From a virus, in the IMG/VR virus record IMGVR_UViG_3300021962_000047, positions 41,972 to 105,971 of that record: DNA of 64,000 bases, one strand, 5' to 3'. The position numbers and the translations under genes are program-made. Under the pieces are notes generated by a model. It saw nothing but the letters and a program-made list of their open reading frames with translations, was not told where the DNA came from and did not search any database. This document shows, piece after piece, positions 48,346 to 58,300 of the stretch; positions within the stretch are counted from its first letter, which is position 1, and each line of letters starts with the position of its first letter.

Positions 48346-50175
48346 TTATCTTAATTCTCTCAAGTCGAATGTTCTAACACCATCAACTGTGATTCTACCA
48401 TAGAAACGGTTGTTAACCATTTTCTTAGCGTATCTTGTCATGATACCCTTGATAGGTGTGAAGTTGAATGGGTTGTACATAGTTGGAGTCAACTGAAGAG
48501 GTACATATGGTGCGTAAACGTAACCTGTGTCTAACAAAGATGAACCTTTGTGACCCAACAATACTTGGTTTGCTGGGAAGTAAGGGTCACGATATACTTG
48601 ATATCTACCTGCTAATGTACCAACTCTCTCGATACCCATGTTGTACTGGTCCTGCTCAGGAGATGCATTTGAAACGTGGAAGTACTCCAAGTCATCAAAG
48701 ATAGCAGAAACTTCTGAAGAAACAACAATCCAGTTAGCTCCACCTCTCAACGTAGATTTGTGAATCTGTGCTGATAATTGGTTGATAGCTGTGATTAATG
48801 TTTGGTTCCAGTCTTTCTGAGTGTATTGAGTTAATGGATTAGCTGCAGTTCCTCTCTTCCATCCGTTGTAGTCCCAACGTAAGTTCCAAGCCGCACCTTT
48901 TCTCAAGTCTCTTAAGATTTCACGGTCGATTTCAGCAGCCACTTGCTCAGACAATAAAGCTGTTAATTCAGCTTCAGCGTCGATGTTGTGGAATGCAGAA
49001 ACGTCTTGTGCCAATTCAGGAGACCATTGTGCTCTTAATTTTCTTTCTGTTACAGAAACAGTAACTGACTCAAGGTCGAAAGAAACTTCACCGATTTCAT
49101 CTTCGAATTCCAAGTTCTTGTAAACTCTATATGTTGCAGTGAATTGAGTGTTAGCAACAGTTGTACCGTCAACAGCTGTAGTTAAACCTGAGTATCCGTC
49201 GATAGAATTTGGACCGATAGTACATGGTACTTGTAAGTCAACTTCTAAGTAGATAACACCGTCAGCGTCACAAAGTTGTTGGAATGAACCACTGTTACCT
49301 CTATCAGCACCTGAGTAGAAATCAGTTTGTGTTTGGTTACCGTATTGTACAATACCCTTACCATACTTCTGTGTTACAACTCTAAATAACAAGTTACCTG
49401 AACCTGCTCCTGAGAATGCTCCTGAAGCGTTTGCGTTGATTGTCAAGTCAGACAAGAATGATTCGTTATCCATTTCGTTACCGTCAGGACCGATGATTTT
49501 ACCAGCTCCTGCAGGTGCGAAACCTTCCATAGCAAGAATTACCTTTCTCCAAGGACCATCAGCCGCTAAGTAAGCAGTTGGTACTAATTCATTGTTTGAA
49601 TTCCAGTTTACAGTAACTACCTGAGTAATTGGTGCAGTAACTGCTGACCACTGACCTTTAGAGTAGTCAAATAACCCTGGAGGGTCTAATGCTGCTTCGT
49701 TACCTTCGTAGAACAAGTCATACAAGTTCTTTTGGTATGCGTTAGCATTTGGTGGATAACCTGCTCCTTGTGCAGCTGGACCGTTTGGTGCTCCCAATGG
49801 TGCGTAGTGCGTGTTAGGATTTGGTGCAGTGTTATCGTAACCCTGAATTCTAGGTACGAAGTAGAATAATTTACCGATAGGTAAGTTCATAGCTTGTACA
49901 GACACGATGTCGTTAGCTAATAATTTAGAGAATACTCTTCTCACGATAGGGAAAACTACAGTTTCAAATGAACCTGAACTGTCTGAAGACGATGCTTCAT
50001 TGATTAAGTGAGATGCTTGGTTTTCATATAACTGTGCAATGTTCTCTCTTAAGTGACCTTTCAAACCCTCTAAGAATCCTAATTTGTCCCATTTGTTGAT
50101 TGTGTCTTCTTTGATAACTTTCAAGTGCTTCATGCCGATGTTACCAACTAGACCGCTTTCTAATAATGCTCCCAT
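48346..50175 (-). CDS. Major capsid protein (T4 gp23-like)
   Basis: VRRVF, VSVQAM, RKLRAQWSPELAQD, AEIDREI, YAPYVPL and MTRYA. Confidence 0.96.
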   Translation of the reverse strand: MGALLESGLVGNIGMKHLKVIKEDTINKWDKLGFLEGLKGHLRENIAQLYENQASHLINEASSSDSSGSFETVVFPIVRRVFSKLLANDIVSVQAMNLPIGKLFYFVPRIQGYDNTAPNPNTHYAPLGAPNGPAAQGAGYPPNANAYQKNLYDLFYEGNEAALDPPGLFDYSKGQWSAVTAPITQVVTVNWNSNNELVPTAYLAADGPWRKVILAMEGFAPAGAGKIIGPDGNEMDNESFLSDLTINANASGAFSGAGSGNLLFRVVTQKYGKGIVQYGNQTQTDFYSGADRGNSGSFQQLCDADGVIYLEVDLQVPCTIGPNSIDGYSGLTTAVDGTTVANTQFTATYRVYKNLEFEDEIGEVSFDLESVTVSVTERKLRAQWSPELAQDVSAFHNIDAEAELTALLSEQVAAEIDREILRDLRKGAAWNLRWDYNGWKRGTAANPLTQYTQKDWNQTLITAINQLSAQIHKSTLRGGANWIVVSSEVSAIFDDLEYFHVSNASPEQDQYNMGIERVGTLAGRYQVYRDPYFPANQVLLGHKGSSLLDTGYVYAPYVPLQLTPTMYNPFNFTPIKGIMTRYAKKMVNNRFYGRITVDGVRTFDLRELR

Positions 50176-50199
50176 TTTAGTTTTTATTTAGTTTTTAGT

Positions 50200-51459
50200 T
50201 TATTTTAATTTATTCATCAAATCCTTCATTCTTAAGAATTGTGGATTCTCATAAGTTTTTGACTCGATAAGATTTGTAGAAGCTCCTCTCGATGGAGTTT
50301 TAGCAACTTTAGATTCAACACTTTCGTTGATTGAAGTTGACTCCTTAGATTCGAATTCTTCTTTCAAGTTCTTATACAAAGTCTTTGATTCCTTCAATGT
50401 TTCAACAGAATCGAAACGTCTTAGGATGTTTATTTTTTCTTGTTTAGTAGTAGTGTGCTCTGTAAACAAACGAGTTGCGTAAGCCAAGTTTGAATTAAAT
50501 ACAGCAACTTCATTTAACTTCTCTCTAAAGATGTTTAATGCTTTTCTGTACTCTTCATTTTTAGCTCTTAAAGATTCAACTTCAGATTTCAATTCACTTT
50601 CATTAGTTTTAACTTTCATTTTAGGTAATGACTTTTTCTTTGAGTCATTTCTTGAACCGTTTCCTAATGTGTGAGCCGCTTCTTCCATTTCACCTTCATT
50701 TTCATAATCCTTGTAATGTCCGTCTACATCACCAGTCTTATGACCTTTTTCACGCTTAAATTCGTGCTTTTTAGAACCCCACTCTTCTTCAACTTCTTCT
50801 TTCCACTCTTCGTCGATTTCCATTTCAGTTTCGTCTTCTACTTCTTCCATGTCGTCGTCCTCTTCTTCAGAGATTTCGATTTCGTAAACTACTTCATCCT
50901 CTTCAGCTTCGTCTTCGCTTTCAGTATGGATTTCGTATTCTACGCCAGCCTCATCATCCTTAAGTGAAATGCCATCTTCGTCTTTTGTTACGATGATACC
51001 ATCTTCTTCACCCATAGCCTTGAATACTTTCAAGATTTCTTCGTCTGATGCACCTGTTAAATCAAGTGGTAATAGAACTTCTTCTTCGTCGTCAACTTCA
51101 AGTTCATCACCAGGTAAGTCCATCATTAACATTTCTTCACCTTCGTCTTCACTATCCATGTCCAACATTTCTTCATCATCTTCCGACTCTTCGTCTTCAG
51201 AATCTACATCAATGTCAAGTTCCATTTCTTCTTGTTCAGCCATTTCTGACTCTTTTTCCATTTCTGAACTTTCTTCCATTGACACCATTTCGTCTTCAAC
51301 CTCATCTTCTTGTTCAGATAGAGATTCTTTTACCAATTCGCTGATTTCTTCCTTCATTGTAGAAGCAAGTATTCCTTTTGCGTTTTGAGTAACGGCTTCC
51401 TCCAAATTTTTCATTTGTAGTAACGCCTCTTCAACTAGAGATTTTTTTGTGTCTGCCAT
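50200..51459 (-). CDS. Prohead core scaffolding protein (gp22-like)
   Basis: Very acidic, coiled-coil, immediately upstream of MCP, many [LI]xE sites. Confidence 0.75.
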   Translation of the reverse strand: MADTKKSLVEEALLQMKNLEEAVTQNAKGILASTMKEEISELVKESLSEQEDEVEDEMVSMEESSEMEKESEMAEQEEMELDIDVDSEDEESEDDEEMLDMDSEDEGEEMLMMDLPGDELEVDDEEEVLLPLDLTGASDEEILKVFKAMGEEDGIIVTKDEDGISLKDDEAGVEYEIHTESEDEAEEDEVVYEIEISEEEDDDMEEVEDETEMEIDEEWKEEVEEEWGSKKHEFKREKGHKTGDVDGHYKDYENEGEMEEAAHTLGNGSRNDSKKKSLPKMKVKTNESELKSEVESLRAKNEEYRKALNIFREKLNEVAVFNSNLAYATRLFTEHTTTKQEKINILRRFDSVETLKESKTLYKNLKEEFESKESTSINESVESKVAKTPSRGASTNLIESKTYENPQFLRMKDLMNKLK

Positions 51460-51540
51460 TTTTTTAATTGCAAGAGTTTATTGTTTCAACTTATAAATAT
51501 CTCTATTTTTAAAAAAATTCATTTTGTACATAAAAGAGCA

Positions 51541-51567
51541 AAAAAAAATCAGGGTTTCCCCTGATTT
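51541..51567 (-). terminator. Rho-independent terminator
   Basis: A run followed by AAATCAGGG-TTTC-CCCTGATTT. Confidence 0.7.
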
Positions 51568-51594
51568 AAAAAGTTTTTAATTTGTTATTTTTAG

Positions 51595-51804
51595 TTATTC
51601 GTAAACCTCATCAATCTTACTTTCAGCACATGCTGTAATTCTCCAATCGTGTGGGAACCCTGTAAATTTAGAAGTTACTTTAGCTTCAACGTCAGTAACG
51701 TTAAAACCTTTAACTAATTTTTCTTCTCTGATTTTTTTAATTTTACCTGAGTTCTCATCTGGCAAATCATACTGAATTTTTGCAACGAAATATTTTTCTT
51801 CCAT
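51595..51804 (-). CDS. Small protein resembling Bacteroidota DUF4494
   Basis: YFVAKIQY...GKIKKIREEKLVKG...TDVEAKV pattern. Confidence 0.55.
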   Translation of the reverse strand: MEEKYFVAKIQYDLPDENSGKIKKIREEKLVKGFNVTDVEAKVTSKFTGFPHDWRITACAESKIDEVYE

Positions 51805-51817
51805 GGTTATAATTTTT

Positions 51818-52540
51818 TTAATAACCTAAATAATCGGAAAGTCTTTTCATTAAGTCAAGTGATTTGTTGTTAGAACCTCCACTAATAGGGTTAGAAAGTT
51901 TCATATTTCTTTCTTCTTCTAAATTTTCGTCATACTGACTTCTATCATCTTTGTTTAAAAACAAGTACGCTCCTGGTGTTGATGGTGATGATACTAAGTC
52001 AAAACAAATCAATTCAAAATCATCTTGTACTTCATTTTGTTCACCCTTTTTAGCTAATGAACCAACACCACGAGAAGATACACCCATAGTAACACCTTGT
52101 CTCATTAAATTAGCTGCAATATCACCAGGTGAAGATACAATACCTCTTTCGTGGAATCCAGGTGTTGTTAATAGTTTAATCTTACCCATTAAAACATTAC
52201 CTTCCCACCATACATCAGTAATTAAGTGCGATACTCTTTCTAAATCTATTAAAGAAGATTCAGGGTGATTTAATTCTGAAATTGATAAACCTTTTTCGAT
52301 TGCCTTCTTATAATTTTCAGCTTCTCTTTTTAATATTCTTTCAGGGTATACTCTACCATTTCTATTTGGTACACCATATTTTTGTAAAACGGCATAAAAT
52401 ACAAATGGTTTAGAATGTTCTAATTGACCATATGATTCTCTTATTACTTGAGCGTTTCTTTCTTCAGTTGGTGATACGAAACCCGCATCCCACTCAACTA
52501 ATATTCCTTTTCCTGTATCGCTAGGACCTAATACTTTCAT
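51818..52540 (-). CDS. Prohead core protease (T4 gp21-like)
   Basis: NRNGRVYP, ELNHP, VSSRGVGS and FDLVSSPSTPGA. Confidence 0.93.
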   Translation of the reverse strand: MKVLGPSDTGKGILVEWDAGFVSPTEERNAQVIRESYGQLEHSKPFVFYAVLQKYGVPNRNGRVYPERILKREAENYKKAIEKGLSISELNHPESSLIDLERVSHLITDVWWEGNVLMGKIKLLTTPGFHERGIVSSPGDIAANLMRQGVTMGVSSRGVGSLAKKGEQNEVQDDFELICFDLVSSPSTPGAYLFLNKDDRSQYDENLEEERNMKLSNPISGGSNNKSLDLMKRLSDYLGY

Positions 52541-52568
52541 GATATATTTTTACTATAAATATACCTGT

Positions 52569-53006
52569 TTATTCCTTTTTTGTTTTTGACTTACTTAAAT
52601 CAAAATATTCGGACTTTAATAATTCTTCAGAATATACGGATTTAGCGATTTGTTTAACACGGTCCTTTAATGTTGTTGATTTAAAATCTATTGGATTTTT
52701 AATAAAAAAAGTAATCTCTAAATTCATAAAACTCTTTTTATTTAATTGAATTCCACTTGAACGTAAATCTAAATCCACAATAAAATTATTATCAAAAATA
52801 GTATTATCTACAACTTCTAATAATGTATGTTTAATTTGTCTGTTCAAATTCCCTGTAACTCTATCCCAATTTGTTACTTCTTTTTTGGGTTCTACCCACG
52901 ATTGAATGTTTAAGTATAATGATTTAAAATTTATTGAATCTACCGTACCATATACACATTTAGCATTTTCAAAAATTGAAAGCTTAGATGTCTTCCCTTT
53001 TTTCAT
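52569..53006 (-). CDS. Hypothetical protein
   Basis: ORF divergent from bS21. Confidence 0.7.
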   Translation of the reverse strand: MKKGKTSKLSIFENAKCVYGTVDSINFKSLYLNIQSWVEPKKEVTNWDRVTGNLNRQIKHTLLEVVDNTIFDNNFIVDLDLRSSGIQLNKKSFMNLEITFFIKNPIDFKSTTLKDRVKQIAKSVYSEELLKSEYFDLSKSKTKKE

Positions 53007-53117
53007 ATAAAATATTTCATATTTTTTCTTCGTTTATTTTAATAAAATATAATAAAAATATTTGTATTAGTCAAAACTTGTCAAAAGAGTTTATATTTAT
53101 TATCATTAAATCAACGT

Positions 53118-53309
53118 ATGATAGTAATTCAATTAAAAAAAGGTGAGAGTATCGAAAAAGCTTTAAAACGATACAAGTATAAAGTTATTAAAACCCGTCA
53201 AATTGAAAAATTAAGGGAAAAACAAGAGTTTGTCAAAAAATCAGTTAAAAAACGAGAACAAAAGATGAAAGCCATATACAAACAATCATTATCCGATAAT
53301 GATGAATAA
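53118..53309 (+). CDS. rpsU: Ribosomal protein bS21
   Basis: GESIEKALKRYK.KV......LRE.QEFVKKSVKKR pattern; 63 aa, basic. Confidence 0.9.
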   Translation: MIVIQLKKGESIEKALKRYKYKVIKTRQIEKLREKQEFVKKSVKKREQKMKAIYKQSLSDNDE

Positions 53310-53338
53310 AAAAAGGTCCAATTAATTGGACCTTTTTT
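53308..53338. terminator. Bidirectional terminator
   Basis: AAAAAAGGTCCAATT/AATTGGACCTTTTTT between convergent genes. Confidence 0.8.
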
Positions 53339-53362
53339 ATTTTTAAGTAATTTTAAAATTTA

Positions 53363-53647
53363 TTATTGTTCATCAGTTTCCTGATTCATTTGTTTTTCTT
53401 TTTGTATTTGGTTTAACATATATCCACTAATAGCAAACTCAACACCAGCCCATAGTACAATATCTGAAGTACTCATAGTCGATAGATTTTGTAATAAGAA
53501 ATATATCATACCCCATTGTCCAACTGCAAATGCAATTCCAGACTCAACTCGTTTTTTAGAAAAATAAGAATCTTTACTCGTATAAAGATTACCAATTTCT
53601 TTAATTAACCATTTAATGTTGTTCCAACCAAAAAATAAATTCTTCAT
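53363..53647 (-). CDS. Small membrane protein (holin-like candidate)
   Basis: SKKR followed by two hydrophobic segments. Confidence 0.55.
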   Translation of the reverse strand: MKNLFFGWNNIKWLIKEIGNLYTSKDSYFSKKRVESGIAFAVGQWGMIYFLLQNLSTMSTSDIVLWAGVEFAISGYMLNQIQKEKQMNQETDEQ

Positions 53648-53808
53648 TATTTCTTACTTAATACTGACCATACACCACCAACTAAGGTGATTAATGCACC
53701 GCTTAATTCTAAAAACTGCGTCTCATCAATTAAGCCTTTAGCCATTAAAATACCACCAATAAATGTAAGTGAGTGTCTTAATACACCTAATACTTGTTCT
53801 TTGTTCAT
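53647..53808 (-). CDS. Small two-TM putative holin (53 aa)
   Basis: Manual translation: MNKEQVLGVLRHSLTFIGGILMAKGLIDETQFLELSGALITLVGGVWSVLSKK; overlaps both neighbours' start/stop codons. Confidence 0.7.
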   Translation of the reverse strand: MNKEQVLGVLRHSLTFIGGILMAKGLIDETQFLELSGALITLVGGVWSVLSKK

Positions 53809-54536
53809 AATCCTTGTTCTAATTGTTTTAGTTTATACAATGAAACCAAATCAGGTTTACTTTCATTGATTTTATTTATCGTCTGTGAAACTTTAGATGA
53901 CAATTCATTATCATCAGATTCACTACGAGTCATTTCCAATTTCGAAACGACTGACTCCTTTAATTCAATAAATTGTTTTTCAATTTCCTTTTTGTTCAAA
54001 GAAAGTAGAGATTTTAACTCTGTTTTTTCTTCTTCTGAAATTGTAGAGAATTCATTATTAAACGTAGAAGTTGCAATTTTTAACATAGATGATAATGGAA
54101 TATTAACACTCTCAGTTAAAGATTTTTCTTCTTTTGTTACAATTAAATTTTTAAGACGTGTTTTAGATTCTAAAACTTTTTCCAAGTTTGTAATTTTGTT
54201 TTCATAAACCACAAAATCAATATCTGAATATTGATTTCCATCAACATCTTTAATCAAAGTATCTACCCAATCACTTAATTCTTGGATTTTGCTTTTGTTT
54301 TTATCAATTAAGGAAACTAATTTTTCCAAAGATTCATTAACATATTCTGATGCGATATCTTTATTTATACCTTTTTTAGATGATAAATCATCATAGATAT
54401 AATAAATTTCAGAGATGTTTTTATTAGATAAAACTCTTTTTTTAAATTCTTTAATATGATTCTTGAATGAATCTTTACCGTAAGAATTGGCTAGAAGATT
54501 TTCGATATTTGATTTTATTTGACCGAATTTTTTCAT
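53805..54536 (-). CDS. Hypothetical head-module protein
   Basis: ORF downstream of portal with late motif at 54550-54556. Confidence 0.7.
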   Translation of the reverse strand: MKKFGQIKSNIENLLANSYGKDSFKNHIKEFKKRVLSNKNISEIYYIYDDLSSKKGINKDIASEYVNESLEKLVSLIDKNKSKIQELSDWVDTLIKDVDGNQYSDIDFVVYENKITNLEKVLESKTRLKNLIVTKEEKSLTESVNIPLSSMLKIATSTFNNEFSTISEEEKTELKSLLSLNKKEIEKQFIELKESVVSKLEMTRSESDDNELSSKVSQTINKINESKPDLVSLYKLKQLEQGL

Positions 54537-54556
54537 GATATTTTATTTTATAAATA

Positions 54557-56428
54557 TCACTTGTTTAATAACTGGTCCAATTTACTTTCAATTTCACCTA
54601 ATGATTTTCTACCTTTTGACAAATCTATGGTGTCAATTACATTACCCTTCAATAAATTACCTTCCTCAACTATAAGGTTCATATCCCTTTCTTTTACAGA
54701 TTCAGGAGTAACTTCAGATTCAGGTGATGCCTCGGCTCCACCCACTTCAGGTGCTCCACCCACTTCAGGTGCTCCTCCAAAATCGGCACCTAAGTCACCA
54801 AAACCAGTATCTGCAGGTTCTGTTATTTCACTATCACCACCCGGCTCAGGGGATTCACTACCACCCTCTCCAGGTCTATTACCATATAACTTATCCAAGT
54901 TATCAAAAATACCTGTCTTAGTGATAACCTCAGGAGTTTTTTCCAATTCAGACGCAACAGCCTTTTCAATACGTTGTTGTTGGATATCCAATTTAATTTC
55001 TTCATCAGAGAAACCAAGGATGTGTTTCTTAGCCCAAGAAGAAGAAACGGGTTGAATACCATTACCTGGGTCAGCAACAGCATCTTTGTACAATTGTATT
55101 TTTTGTTGCCAGTTCTCAACCTTTAATAAATCAGCTTGAGTAGATGGGTTAGTTAAACCTAATGTGAAGTTATTTAATTCATCTTCAAATCCTAAAACGT
55201 AAAGGTGAATGATTGCAATTTTGTTTAACTCCTGAATCATAGATTTTTGAATTCTATTGATTGTACGAGCGAAACGAATATCCTGTAACGCCAAATTCTT
55301 ACCATCACCAACAACTTCTTCAAAACCTAAGAACGCTTTAGGAACACGAAGTGCCGTTAACAATTTCTTTTGGATATACTCAATATCAGCAATCTCAGAT
55401 AAGTTCTGAGCTCCTGGTAATGTATCAATTGGGTTTGGTGCGTTAGGGTCACGAACAGGAATAAAATAATCCTGGTCAACCGCCATCTGATTGTATCTTA
55501 AATCTACGTTACCTGTAGCTGAATCCACAACTTGGTCACGCTTGAATTTGTTGGCAACTCTTTGTACATAAGGCTCAACGTCCTTATCATCCATATTACC
55601 CACGAATACCTTAAACACCCTTCTTTCAGGTGCTCTTGATGTTCTATAGATTAACATAGCATCTTCAGACAAAATAAGTTGTTTCCAAATCCTTCTGGCT
55701 TTTTCCAACATAGAAGTACCGTATGGTAATTTTCTATCATCACCCAATAATCTAAAGTGAGCAATTTCCCATGTGTTGAATTCCAAGTCCTTTTCTTTCC
55801 ACGTAAACTTCAACATATCGTTTTCAGTTTCGGTTTGATATCTACCGGGACTTGATTTCATCCCCCTTTCTAAACGTTCGATTTGAATGTTTGGAAGCTG
55901 TTGAGCTCCCATAATACCTTTTTCGGAGTCAAGTTTTAAAAAGACAAAATTGTCCCCATACTTACAAGTATTTCTTGTCCACATAGGTAGATTAGTATTA
56001 ATATCAAGTCGATTGTTGAATAAGTCAGCAAGTACTGATTTAATACGTTTACTTTCGGAATAAATTTGTAGAATGTATCCATCTTCATTTGTTGTTGTTG
56101 ATTCTTCTGAATAAATATCCAACGCGGCGGAGATTTCAGGAGTATATTCCATACTCTCATAATCATAAAAGGCTGCTAATCTTGTTGGAGTATAATAAAC
56201 GGCTTGAGTATATAAGTTACTTTCAACCTTGGTCCATTGTTGACCCAAATACAAAGATTGTTGAGCTTCTAATTTCTCTCTTTCGTATTCGTTTTTATCG
56301 GTAGTTTTTAATAACTCCTTTTTGTCAAATTTATAAACCGGCGCTTGCTGGTCTAACGTAGAGTCAGGACCAAACACTTTGGTTAATCTCTGCCAAATTG
56401 TTAAGTTATTTAAATTGTTATCTGCCAT
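54557..56428 (-). CDS. Portal protein (T4 gp20-like)
   Basis: PEISAALDI, PYGTSMLE, EDAMLIYR..RAPERRVF, DYFIPVR, IDTLPG and ALRVPK. Confidence 0.95.
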   Translation of the reverse strand: MADNNLNNLTIWQRLTKVFGPDSTLDQQAPVYKFDKKELLKTTDKNEYEREKLEAQQSLYLGQQWTKVESNLYTQAVYYTPTRLAAFYDYESMEYTPEISAALDIYSEESTTTNEDGYILQIYSESKRIKSVLADLFNNRLDINTNLPMWTRNTCKYGDNFVFLKLDSEKGIMGAQQLPNIQIERLERGMKSSPGRYQTETENDMLKFTWKEKDLEFNTWEIAHFRLLGDDRKLPYGTSMLEKARRIWKQLILSEDAMLIYRTSRAPERRVFKVFVGNMDDKDVEPYVQRVANKFKRDQVVDSATGNVDLRYNQMAVDQDYFIPVRDPNAPNPIDTLPGAQNLSEIADIEYIQKKLLTALRVPKAFLGFEEVVGDGKNLALQDIRFARTINRIQKSMIQELNKIAIIHLYVLGFEDELNNFTLGLTNPSTQADLLKVENWQQKIQLYKDAVADPGNGIQPVSSSWAKKHILGFSDEEIKLDIQQQRIEKAVASELEKTPEVITKTGIFDNLDKLYGNRPGEGGSESPEPGGDSEITEPADTGFGDLGADFGGAPEVGGAPEVGGAEASPESEVTPESVKERDMNLIVEEGNLLKGNVIDTIDLSKGRKSLGEIESKLDQLLNK

Positions 56429-56504
56429 TATATATTTTTACATAAATAGTAGGATTCTTTACAAGAAATTAAATATCAACTTTACTTTCGTTTAAATAAT
56501 CCGT

Positions 56505-58286
56505 TTATTTTGACTTTCCGAATAACCATAAATAGTTTTGATAGTCATTTTTAGTTGCACCCCCTCCTCTACTTCCACCACCAATACCAAACGGGTCAGC
56601 ACCCATAGGAGTAGATGGACTGAAGTCATCAATAGGGTTTCTAACAGCCGATTCCTGAACGGTCCAACTATCAACCATAGCCTTTGTCTGTTCCGTAACC
56701 TTCTCCAATAAGGTAAATGATGTTTCACCCACATAGATAGCCATGGCACAAGCCATAATCAAATCGTCGTGTTGACCTTTAATATGGTCAGGTCTTCCGT
56801 TAACATATACAAACGTATTCAACTCATTTAATAAACGTGATGAACGAATATCAAAACCATGTCTTAATGCCTCTTCAAATGCAGCAACAATCTGAACCCT
56901 TTTTGAGTTAAAGTTAATACCTGGTATCTTCTCATCTGCCTTGGGGTTATACTTCCACTTATCGGCTAAATTAATACCATCAATATATAGATTTTTATAC
57001 CCCAATTCTTGCATTTTTCTTGAGGTAGAAACACCCATACCACCCGTTATATCAATCACCACAAAGGCTGAATACATCGTAGCCCATTTCAGTGCAATAT
57101 CGGCAGCCACATCAGGTGGTATCTTACCCAAATATTCTACAACCTGTTCACGAGTGTCAAAATCAAGAATACAAAAAGTCGTGAAGTCCTCAGAATCACC
57201 ACGAGAAACGTCAATACCCATAATGTATTTGTGACCCATCTGAGCTTCTTTCCATTGCCACAATGCTCCACCCATAAATTTATTAATCGGCTGACGAATA
57301 GAATTTTCTTTAATCTTTTCTATTGTTTCGGGGGGAATAACACTATCACCTGAACCTAAGAAATTACACTCCAATTCCTGTGCAATCTTTCTTCTGTCAA
57401 ATTTAAGTTTTTTGGCCATCGCTTCAAACCAAGATGAATATGGTTTATATCCGTCTAATATTTTTTTCTTAATATCTTCGAAATCCCTATCTCTTGGGTC
57501 TACGGTACTGTAATCAATTACAACATCCTCATCTTTATAATCTTCACGATTTAACATATAGTGAATCACATCTTTAACCTTAAGAAGTTTTAAATCTCGG
57601 GTATATCGTGGGTCTCTATACCAATACATTTCCGTGATTTTAAAGTCATTCATACCACGGAGAGCTTGGTCGTATATTGAATAGTAGATTTGGTCAAAAC
57701 CGTTTGGTGTTGAGATAACTATCACTTTACCACCTGTAGAAAGTGACGCCATACAAGCTGACCAGAAGTCGTCATCAGCTTCAATAAACGCAGCCTCGTC
57801 AAATATAAGAATAGTGGGGGTATAACCACGGAGTGCGTCTTTGGATGTTGCTACGGACTTTACTTCACACCCATTAGATAGTTTAAAGTGACGAGCTGCG
57901 TTTTTTTCGGTAGAGAATGTTACCCCCAACCAAGATGGCCATTGGTCGACAAACGACCTTACTTTGTTTGCAAATTCAACTGACGTATCAAGTTTGTTTG
58001 CAATAATAAGAATTTTTTCAGGTTTTGTTTTAGATGCAAAAACTAATCTTTTTGATACCCACGCCGAGGTAACTGTCGATACTCCAGCTTGACGATATTT
58101 TAACGCAATATTTTCCTCGTAGTTATCATAATCATTTACCAACTGTTCTTGGTCGGCAAATAAATCTAATGGTACATACTTGGATTGTGTGTTATCGTAG
58201 GTTTGTAAATATGTTTTAAGTGCGTAAGGTGTGTTTCTTACGCACTTAGCATATTCTAAGATTGCTTGTTCTTTGGATAAAGCCAT
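56505..58286 (-). CDS. Terminase large subunit (gp17-like)
   Basis: KYRQAGVST, DEAAF, ISTPNG, QELECNF, GIDVSRG and HDDLIMA. Confidence 0.95.
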   Translation of the reverse strand: MALSKEQAILEYAKCVRNTPYALKTYLQTYDNTQSKYVPLDLFADQEQLVNDYDNYEENIALKYRQAGVSTVTSAWVSKRLVFASKTKPEKILIIANKLDTSVEFANKVRSFVDQWPSWLGVTFSTEKNAARHFKLSNGCEVKSVATSKDALRGYTPTILIFDEAAFIEADDDFWSACMASLSTGGKVIVISTPNGFDQIYYSIYDQALRGMNDFKITEMYWYRDPRYTRDLKLLKVKDVIHYMLNREDYKDEDVVIDYSTVDPRDRDFEDIKKKILDGYKPYSSWFEAMAKKLKFDRRKIAQELECNFLGSGDSVIPPETIEKIKENSIRQPINKFMGGALWQWKEAQMGHKYIMGIDVSRGDSEDFTTFCILDFDTREQVVEYLGKIPPDVAADIALKWATMYSAFVVIDITGGMGVSTSRKMQELGYKNLYIDGINLADKWKYNPKADEKIPGINFNSKRVQIVAAFEEALRHGFDIRSSRLLNELNTFVYVNGRPDHIKGQHDDLIMACAMAIYVGETSFTLLEKVTEQTKAMVDSWTVQESAVRNPIDDFSPSTPMGADPFGIGGGSRGGGATKNDYQNYLWLFGKSK

Positions 58287-58300
58287 TTTTCATATCTAAC

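Noticed and set aside
50671-55119. Antisense and alternate-frame ORFs (e.g. 50969-51388, 53794-54207, 54519-55055)
   Set aside because: Ser/Phe-rich shadows of acidic head genes on the opposite strand
9411-58286. Introns or inteins in polymerase, terminase or helicase
   Set aside because: ORFs are uninterrupted, of expected size, and lack intein or homing endonuclease motifs
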